A DNA stretch of 64,000 bases, taken from contig NZ_JBALEJ010000001.1 of assembly GCF_036917975.1 (NCBI RefSeq), forward strand, positions 2,560 to 66,559, read 5' to 3'. Positions 21,035-29,414 of this stretch are shown here, piece by piece. Source of the DNA: Nostoc sp. (GTDB lineage: Bacteria > Cyanobacteriota > Cyanobacteriia > Cyanobacteriales > Nostocaceae). The translations under genes were made by a program, and so were the position numbers. Position 1 is the stretch's first letter. Every line of letters starts with the position of its first letter. A model generated the notes under the pieces. The model did not search any database and had not been told where the DNA came from. It saw nothing but the letters and a program-made list of their open reading frames with translations.

Positions 21035-21042
21035 GCATCGCC
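21013..21042. repeat. 30-bp dispersed repeat (copy of 12231-12260)
   Basis: gcgtaggcacagctcgtcgtaggcatcgcc; it supplies ...RRHSSS and the stop codon of the preceding ORF. Confidence 0.8.
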
Positions 21043-21104
21043 AGACTCCAAAAAAACAGCATAAATTTTTCACACCCTTGCCCCTAGATATGACCAAAGT
21101 GGTA

Positions 21105-22587
<1,483 letters not shown>

Positions 22588-22592
22588 TACCA

Positions 22593-22626
22593 TTTTGGAT
22601 TTTAGATTTTAGATTTTGGATTGGGT
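22593..22626. repeat. STRR array (TTTTGGA/TTTTAGA)
   Basis: ttttggattttagattttagattttggattggg, 6 nt after the thiC stop codon. Confidence 0.9.
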
Positions 22627-22630
22627 TTGT

Positions 22631-22732
22631 CTAAAAATACAAGGTTGGGTTTAACGGAGTGAAGCCCAACAATACCAAGGTCTTTGGGTGTTGGGTTTCG
22701 TTCCTCAACCCAACCTTGTATCTTAAAAATAG
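22631..22732. mobile_element. MITE-like long hairpin (AACCCAACCTTG family)
   Basis: ctaaaaatacaaggttgggtt ... aacccaaccttgtatcttaaaaat inverted termini. Confidence 0.7.
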
Positions 22733-22848
22733 TAGTAGATCGTCCCAACCTTGGTCAAGAAAGACTGCTTCGTAGCATGGGTCACTACAACAATCTCTTT
22801 GACAAAACTCGAACAGTCGCCAGGGTCAAAGCTTTAAACACTGATAGT

Positions 22849-23015
22849 TTAAAACAAGTCGCAAGTCGCAAGTCGCAAGTAAGTTTTGTGAAAGCGACGC
22901 GCAAAGCGAGTCTGCGATAGCGCCGGCGGCAAGCGAGTACTCGAGCGTCGCGTCCGGGGATTTAGACCCCGACCCAAAACTTGCCGGTTATTGAACCGGG
23001 GGACTTAAACCCACG
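22849..23015. repeat. ~165-bp dispersed repeat, copy A (inverted partner at 48054-48208)
   Basis: By-eye alignment with the reverse complement of 48054-48208 matches closely apart from one ~12-bp indel. It includes a (CAAGTCG)n array and ccggttattgaaccggg. Confidence 0.85.
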
Positions 23016-23025
23016 GAGTTTGTTA

Positions 23026-23300
23026 AAGGTATTATTCTGTGGCCAGGTTGGCGTAGGTTGATATCTGGCTTTAAAATCAAATGGAACGCTCATCCCAAGC
23101 GAGTGAACTTTGATGTTCACAAAGTTGCTGGCGTTGTCTCAGCAGTATTTCTAGTCTTCACATTTTTCACCGGATTTTGCTGGAGCTTTAGTGAGTTCAT
23201 CAAGCCGATGATCTACGCGGCTACCTTCAGTAAACAGCAACCCACTCCAGTTTCTGTTCCCATTTCTGGTAAGTCTGCGTTAGGACTAAAAGAACAATAG
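23026..23300 (+). pseudogene. Internal fragment of a PepSY-associated TM-helix protein gene
   Basis: GIILWPGWRRLISGFKIKWNAHPKRVNFDVHKVAGVVSAVFLVF matches the conserved PepSY_TM segment. No N-terminus is present, and the stop lies in the left end of a MITE. Confidence 0.6.
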
Positions 23301-23392
23301 ACATCTCCAGAAATTAAATATGCGTTATCCAGAATCCTTGTAGAGACGTAGCAGTGCTACGTCTCTACGTTATTTTTCGGAGATGTATGTCT
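23295..23392. mobile_element. MITE (AGACATCTCC TIR, central gtagagacgtagc...gctacgtctctac hairpin), copy 1
   Basis: Near-identical direct copy at 62775-62872. The inverted ends are agacatctccagaaa / tttttcggagatgt. Confidence 0.8.
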
Positions 23393-23418
23393 ACTGGTTT
23401 TGTGATGTGGCGATATCG

Positions 23419-23538
23419 TTATCGAGTAAAATTTAGGAGTAGCGATCGCCCAATAGAAATATCAAGTGTTGGATTACGTCGGAATAGTCCTCGAACGATC
23501 GTATTATCGAAATTCTCGTCAGCAAGTAGTTTTAACAT
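23419..23538 (-). pseudogene. DUF5615 (PIN-like) toxin-type gene fragment, 39 codons
   Basis: MLKLLADENFDNTIVRGLFRRNPTLDIS, then divergence and a stop. The ATG overlaps the upstream stop codon (ATGTTAA). Confidence 0.6.
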
Positions 23539-23813
23539 GCTTCTTGCTCTGTTTTACGAGCAAGCAGGCGATCGCGCAAGCCTTGTGGGTCAAACCTCGC
23601 TTGATTCATTTCTCGAATCTCTTGCGATCGCTGCTGTCGCTGTTGCAGATAAGCTTTTACTTCCGATTGGTGCTTGAGATAGAAGGCGATCGTGGCCTAA
23701 ACATCAGCTAAATTCAGTGACGGATACCGATAAACAATCTCCTCTGCTGTTGCACCCTGATTAAAGACAGTAGTCACAGTATCTAATGTGACACGAGTTT
23801 TCCCAACGAGAAA
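23533..23813 (-). pseudogene. DUF433 antitoxin-type gene remnant, N-truncated, with an in-frame TAG
   Basis: ...VGKTRVTLDTVTTVFNQGATAEEIVYRYPSLNLADV*ATIAFYLKHQSEVKAYLQQRQ...; the internal stop is at 23697-23699. Confidence 0.6.
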
Positions 23814-23827
23814 TTAGGGAGAATCGT

Positions 23828-23929
23828 TGCTTTCATGCCCACATCTCGAACGTGAAGCAAATTTGGGAAAAGATCACTCAAATGGCTTGGTAACTTAGGT
23901 GACAAGTTTTCATCAAAAAGTAATTTCAT
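23828..23929 (-). pseudogene. Second DUF5615 (PIN-like) gene fragment, ~34 codons
   Basis: MKLLFDENLSPKLPSHLSDLFPNLLHVRDVGMKA, then it runs into the next remnant. ATGA overlap with the upstream gene. Confidence 0.55.
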
Positions 23930-24139
23930 GCAGATAATGGAGGGGTCATAAACCGAGGCTCACGGTCAGCAGCATAAGCAATGCAAGCTTTTAAATCTTC
24001 TCGCGTCAGATCGGGAAAATCGTCGAGAATTTCTGCTTCGGTCATCTCGGAAGCCAAGTACTCAAGCACTTCATAAACCGTAATTCGCAAGCCGCGTACA
24101 CAAGGCTTACCACAGCGTTTATTTGGTTCGATTGTAATG
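23926..24139 (-). pseudogene. Second DUF433 gene, nearly full length but lacking a start codon
   Basis: ITIEPNKRCGKPCVRGLRITVYEVLEYLASEMTEAEILDDFPDLTREDLKACIAYAADRE. A TGA lies three codons upstream, with no ATG, GTG or TTG between. Confidence 0.65.
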
Positions 24140-24416
24140 AGTCTTCAAAATTCAATACAAGAGCTTGCTCCAGTACCTCCAAATCGACTGCACAAATGTT
24201 TAGATCACTTAACACTTGGATGATTGCATCTTGAGCTACTACTCTCCCTGCTGCTCGACGGACGATATAGTAGATGTTGGTTATTGTCGTTGCTGCGATA
24301 AACCCTGCTATCTCTCCAACATCAATACGCTCAAATAATCTTGCTGCATGTTCCACAAACGGCTCTCGTTCTTGTAAGAAATCAAGAACTACATTGGTAT
24401 CAATCAAAACTCGCAT
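24140..24416 (-). pseudogene. PIN-domain (VapC-type) toxin gene truncated after ~93 codons
   Basis: MRVLIDTNVVLDFL...ITNIYYIV...LNFEDS. The rest of the 124-aa ORF in the track reads an alternative frame of the DUF433 remnant. Confidence 0.65.
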
Positions 24417-24640
24417 TACTGATACTTATCGGTCAAAAAGGTTATGTAATCTTCTTTATCATTACCTTCTCCTAAAGCAGCCGAGGTTTTGGCAATGCCT
24501 CGTAACCGTGACAAGTTTCCCTGTTTTGGCTTAGGATTGGCTTCCCGTTTTAGAGACTCTAAAAGGGCTTGTATTAACTGCCAGCGATCGCCCGTTGACA
24601 GTTGCAGTGCTTGTTTTTGTAATTCTTGTAATGTTGTCAT
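24416..24640 (-). CDS. Addiction-module antitoxin-type small protein, cognate of the truncated PIN gene
   Basis: MTTLQELQKQALQLSTGDRWQLIQALLESLK. The stop/start overlaps the PIN gene at 24416. Confidence 0.65.
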   Translation of the reverse strand: MTTLQELQKQALQLSTGDRWQLIQALLESLKREANPKPKQGNLSRLRGIAKTSAALGEGNDKEDYITFLTDKYQ

Positions 24641-24916
24641 CTATGTAGAAAGCTAACTCTACACTAAATTTAGCTTAAAGTTTCGATTATAAACTAGCTC
24701 AGTAATGTGCGTCTTGGCATATCACTACCTCAGCAGAAACACATTTTTAAAGACGCGATATATCGCGTCTCTACATCTAAACCAAATATAAACCCATTGT
24801 AGAAATACAACCCTTCCAACAAATAATCCGCCAACAGCGATACGAAATAATTTTCTGGTGTCGGGTTATCGACTTAACCACCGATTGGATCATACGGCTT
24901 ACTTGGGACGTGAGTT

Positions 24917-25100
24917 GAATGGCACTAAGAAAAGCCCAAAAGCTTGTGTAGCCTCGTTCCCAGCCTCCAGGCTGGGAACGTATTCCGAGAGGCTCCGCCT
25001 CTGGTCAAGAAAGAGGAGGCAGAGCCTCCCAGAATGGGTTCCTAGCCTGGAGGCTAGGAACCAGTCATGGTAAGGGCTGTATCTTAACTTAGTGCCATTC
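24917..25100. mobile_element. 184-bp MITE with 13-bp perfect TIRs and an 11-bp target-site duplication
   Basis: TIR gaatggcactaag (24917-24929) / cttagtgccattc (25088-25100), flanked by ggacgtgagtt at 24906-24916 and 25101-25111. Confidence 0.85.
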
Positions 25101-25260
25101 GGACGTGAGTTTATGCGAGCAGAATGGGCATTAGTGACAGGACAAGATTACGTACAGAATTAAATAGGTTTGTAATGATTTAACGACCCCGTTCACCCGC
25201 CGCAGATCACCTCTCATCCTCAACCAACCATCTCTCAACGGTCGGTGTGCAACGGGATTG

Positions 25261-26568
25261 TTAGCTGGCGTCTGGCAGAATTTGTCGCAACACCTCTTCG
25301 TTGATAGAAGGGAGAATTGTGTTTATTTTTTGCATAACTCCAGTTTTCAAAATATGTATGACAGTTTCTAAAGACTGAATATCACCTCGAAATGATAGCT
25401 TTTGTTCAGAACCTTGAATGCCTTCAGGTTCTCGAATAAACATTTCTGCTGAAATAAAACTGAATAATGTAAACTTGACTATCTCTGATGAAACTTCTCC
25501 ATTTAATGCAGTAACTATTTCCTCGATAGCAGTTCCAAGATCAACTTGATGAACTGGATTTCTAACAATCCAATTTGAGATTGCGTATAAATCTTCTGGC
25601 GACGGAAGGCGATAAATAGGTGAACCTGATGCCAAGATTGATCGATATGTATCAACTGAGTGAATTTCTCTGGCGTTCAGATCAGGTAAAACTTCGCTTC
25701 CTTTAGGAACTGAACTGCGAAGAGCTAAGATCACTTGTGAGGGAGGAATACGTGCTATACATAATTCTGATCCTTGACATATATATTGCATATATTCAAT
25801 AAACTTTGCAAAACCTAGTTGTATAGGCTGAAGTCCAGGAATTATATAACTGATTGCTTGTTGTATAACTGATAAATAAATCCCATAACGAGCTAAATCT
25901 GATTGGCAGACTCGATCGCTAGCATACCAATTTAATATTTCTTTCGTTTTCACTACAATATCTTCCGGTGAAGAGGATGTTGTCCGTTTAATTTGATTGA
26001 TGAGGCGAGAGTTTCGCGGATCAAACCCATCAGACTGCTTAATAGTTAAAGTTTGTAAGCTTGCTTTATATTGACGTTCTTCTTCATCTGGATCTGTTAT
26101 CCAAACAAAATCATCACAAACAGCTTGAAAAGTTTTATTAGTCGCATTCCTATAAGCGCAACCAATTACAGTTTTTCCATACTCATGCAATTTTTTCGCA
26201 AGGGCAGCAAAACCACCATCTCCTGAGACAATAACAAACACTTCTAAGCATGGACGAACGTGAGCTAAGTCAATAGCATCAATAGCAAGCTGGATATCTG
26301 CCGCATTTTTCTTCTGTTCGCGATAAAAACCAAAAACTTGAATTGGATCTATACCAAGTTCATTAATTTCTCCACGCATAATTGAAAGGCGAGAATCACT
26401 CCAATTTGCATATGCTCGCTGTACAGCAATTTGCCCAAGTTTTTCAGTTTTACGAATTGATTCCAGAATCTCTTCTAAAGACAGATTTGCAATCATTTGC
26501 TGTGAAAAACTATACCCTTTTAATAGATTCTCAATGTCATAAAAAATTACCGTGTTGAATTTCATCAC
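25261..26568 (-). CDS. NYN-domain (LabA/DUF88-like) predicted RNase with ~270-aa C-terminal extension
   Basis: VIFYDIENL, AADIQLAIDAI and VIVSGDGGF NYN acidic motifs. The C-terminal part is unassigned and possibly OST-HTH/LOTUS-like. Confidence 0.8.
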   Translation of the reverse strand: MMKFNTVIFYDIENLLKGYSFSQQMIANLSLEEILESIRKTEKLGQIAVQRAYANWSDSRLSIMRGEINELGIDPIQVFGFYREQKKNAADIQLAIDAIDLAHVRPCLEVFVIVSGDGGFAALAKKLHEYGKTVIGCAYRNATNKTFQAVCDDFVWITDPDEEERQYKASLQTLTIKQSDGFDPRNSRLINQIKRTTSSSPEDIVVKTKEILNWYASDRVCQSDLARYGIYLSVIQQAISYIIPGLQPIQLGFAKFIEYMQYICQGSELCIARIPPSQVILALRSSVPKGSEVLPDLNAREIHSVDTYRSILASGSPIYRLPSPEDLYAISNWIVRNPVHQVDLGTAIEEIVTALNGEVSSEIVKFTLFSFISAEMFIREPEGIQGSEQKLSFRGDIQSLETVIHILKTGVMQKINTILPSINEEVLRQILPDAS

Positions 26569-26686
26569 TATAATCTCATTTCTATTTATTAGCTCTACTT
26601 AAAATAAAATACTCACTAACTTCCTTCAATCACTACTCCAATCAGGGACTAAGCCAGCTAACTATTTATTATACGGAATTTAGGTC

Positions 26687-26796
26687 ACAAGTTTCCCTGT
26701 TTTGGCTTAGGATTGGCTTCGTCTTTTAGAGACTCTAAAAGGGCTTGTATTAACTGCCAGCGATCGCTCGTTGACAGTTGTAGTGCTTGTTTTTGT
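26687..26796 (-). pseudogene. Duplicated 5' fragment of the antitoxin gene at 24416-24640
   Basis: 110 bp with about 5 mismatches to 24511-24620; it encodes ...QKQALQLSTSDRWQLIQALLESLKDEANPKPKQGNL followed by a stop. Confidence 0.8.
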
Positions 26797-26890
26797 GCGT
26801 CTTTATGAAACTCAGAAAGAATTTTAACCGTAATGAAACAACTGGCTAGCGAACCATTAGGAATCCGCAAGTTCGCCAGAATGGGGGTTG

Positions 26891-27530
26891 CTAAGGATAT
26901 TTGACGATGGGCGAGGCGATCGCTTCATAAAATTTTTGCGCCCAGGTTAATCGATTCTCTGGTGTTTCCACGGAGGCAATCAATAACGCACAAGTTAAAA
27001 ATGCTTCTTGTGGTAGCTCATTCGCCAGAAGATATCGCTTTGTCAGTAATACTGCGCCTGCATAATCATAGTCTGCATCCCAGTCGGGATTGATCCAAGT
27101 GTTAGCAATTTCTAATTCTTGTGGAGTGTAGATTAAAATGCGGCGATCGTATTCTCCTGACAAAACTTTGGAATGTACAGTCCGAGCATAATAACCGTAC
27201 TGATAACCACGGCTAACTGTTATTTCTTTCCACAAACTCCAAATGTGTAATCGCCCTGCTACATAGCGTCAATCAATCAGGTTCTTCAGGACTACACAAA
27301 TCCAAAGCACAGCGAATCAAATTATCTTGAATTTCTCGCGTGGTAATGCGGGGACGCAATCGAGTTGTCAGATGTGCTTCTAAAGCAATAGAATTTGCTG
27401 AAAGTCCGTAACAAGCCCAATTAACTACTGTGCGAATTTTATTAATTTCTAACGGTGTTATCGAACCATCATGACGAACAACATGGATATCCGTTGTGGA
27501 ATCCTCAAAAAGTGTGGATGAAGCTTGCAT
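26891..27530 (-). pseudogene. Ribonucleotide reductase large-subunit N-terminal fragment (frameshifted, truncated)
   Basis: HVVRHDGSITPLEINKIRTVV...CSPEEPD stop, then in another frame RYVAGRLHIWSLWKEI...DYDYAGAVLLTKRYLL...KFYEAIAS. About 200 of more than 700 codons are present. Confidence 0.7.
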
Positions 27531-27695
27531 ACAAGATGTGTTGATGAATTGTAGAAAAATAATTGCAAAAATGGAAAAGAATTGTTAGCTAGGTTTGGCA
27601 AATCTATCAAAAATTCGCAGGTTGTAAGAAAACATTCTTTCTGCAAAGATGTCTTCTGATTTTGCCTGAATTTCTACATGGATTAATAGCCAAAT

Positions 27696-27926
27696 TTATT
27701 GACTTTGAATTTGCCATACTTTGACTAATTTATCTGCATATCGCCTACCTTGTTCAGCTTCACGAGCTATTTGCTTAAATTCCTTATCGAGAAGTTCGTG
27801 GGGACGTTCCCAATTAATTAATGCTGCTGTTTGGGGGAAGAAAAATTGCATTGCTTGGGGAAAGTAAGCTTCTAAAATTTCTTTCCACAGACTATCATTA
27901 TCTGCTCTTTGAAGTTCCTTGGTCAT
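27696..27926 (-). pseudogene. N-terminal fragment of an Rpn-family recombination-promoting nuclease/putative transposase
   Basis: DNDSLWKEILEAYFPQAMQFFFPQ...INWERPHELLDKEFKQIAREAEQGRRYADKLVKVW, then a stop. Full-length members are about 300 aa (from memory). Confidence 0.55.
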
Positions 27927-28002
27927 CAGTTGATTGGTAGATGGTGGACTGACAAATGAATTAAGCTTTTTAACAATTTTTGCGTAAGTCCTGAAAATGG
28001 TC

Positions 28003-28172
28003 TAAGAGGTTGTTTGAAAAGTTTTTTTGTGTGATTTTAAGCACTCGTTGATCCCCCCTAGCCCCCCTTAAAAAGGGGGGGAAACTTCTCAAAGTCCCCC
28101 CTTTTTAAGGGGGATTTAGGGGGATCTAAAACGTTTTGCTACCACCGAGAGGACTTTTCAAACATCCTCTAA
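28003..28172. mobile_element. MITE-like element (AAGAGGTTGTTTGAAAAGT TIR; GGGGG/CCCCC-rich hairpin core)
   Basis: Left end taagaggttgtttgaaaagt, right end acttttcaaacatcctctaa, core cccccttaaaaaggggggg. Confidence 0.75.
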
Positions 28173-28589
28173 GGAACAATGCCAGTGCTATGTCAGCAAA
28201 CGCTGGCAACCCGAAAAAGTTTGTTGGGTTGAAAAATTTCTAGAAGAGTTGCCCAATAAAAAAGGAGTCAGAATTCAGAATTCAGAATTGGTGAATACTC
28301 TACCCATAAAGGGATAGAGTTTTGATTAGGAAGAATATTTTAATTTTTTTCGCGCCACTTGCGGGCAAGGTTTTAAACCAATATTCATTACCCAGTCGTA
28401 CAGAATTCAATTCTGAATTCTGACCGGAGGCGGAGCGTCTCCGGCTCCGCTCCTGAGTTCTGAATTCTTCTTATAAAAATCCAGAGCAAGTTTTGGTAAA
28501 GAATGAGACTTGCCCCGATTCATGACGAATGCCAGTATAGATCGACCATTGATTTTTATGCAAGCAAATCACAGTTGTGTTAGTATTCA

Positions 28590-28790
28590 GATGAATCTCG
28601 GTTCTAGTGGGGAACAGCCGCTAGAGGAAACGGGGAAAGTCCGGTGTAAATCCGGCGCTGTCCCGCAGCTGTAAACAGATTTTAGATTTTGGATTTTAGA
28701 TTTTGGATTGGGAAGCTACCCGATAATCCAAAATACAAAATCCGAAATCCAGAATTGTGTGAGTCAGAATGCCCGCCGAAGTGAACTTGT
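28590..28790 (+). promoter_or_regulatory. Cobalamin (B12) riboswitch
   Basis: ggttctagtggggaacag...ggggaaagtccggtgtaaatccggcgctgtcccgcagctgtaa, then a B12-box-like gagtcagaatgcccgcc. The variable arm is made of opposing heptamer repeats. Confidence 0.8.
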
Positions 28791-29414
28791 GAATTTTGTA
28801 CATCTGCGAGGCACAGATAGGTATTCTTATGAAGATTTCTACAACTACTCAGCTTTACGTTTTCATAGCTCCACATATCCAGACGCTACAGATTACGACT
28901 TTCTATGAGAGGGTAGGCGGTTAATTTTTGGTACAGATTGCGTTTTTAGATATAGCGCTACTCCAGATAAGAGTATCGGTTGCAAATAGTCACAGTAACA
29001 ACGAAATGCTGTATTACCTAACAGGTGGAAGTTGTTAAAAAACAGGTAGTAAATGGCGTGTATGACGTACATAGTCCTTTTCCACATTACCCATAGAAAT
29101 TGCTAATTTACTAAATTAATACTTCAGTTAATTATCATGCCGAAATTCTATCTTCACCGAACTGGGAAGATTCCTACTGCTATTCATCCCTTTGTCAAAC
29201 AAACGGCTCTCCCTCAAGGCAAATATAAGCCCAGTCTACTTCAAGGGAAAATTATTCCAGATGTTCAAAACATTGCAATGTCGATGTATCGGATGATTTC
29301 TATTGCAATCGCCTCTGTCGGACGGTTACGACATCCCTCGTCTGATTCGGGACGAGCAGCAATAAGCAAACCGTTAGATCGACTCAAATAGGTGTACAAT
29401 AGCGTTCAAAAAAA

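Noticed and set aside
28630-28650. GGGGAAAGTCCGG resembling the RNase P RNA P4 motif (GAGGAAAGTCC).
   Set aside because: The surrounding sequence fits the cobalamin riboswitch core (GGTGTAAATCC, GCTGTCCCGCAGCTGTAA, B12 box). No other RNase P elements are present.
28590-28790. The idea that the B12 riboswitch regulates the nearby RNR pseudogene.
   Set aside because: The riboswitch reads rightward on the plus strand, while the RNR fragments lie ~1 kb to the left on the minus strand and read leftward. A link would require an unproven inversion, so it is kept only as a remark.
29137-29391. The 84-aa ORF and the 31-codon ORF at 28849 downstream of the riboswitch as the regulated genes.
   Set aside because: There are no recognisable family features, Shine-Dalgarno sequence or conservation cues. 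They cannot be supported from sequence alone and are mentioned only in the riboswitch finding.
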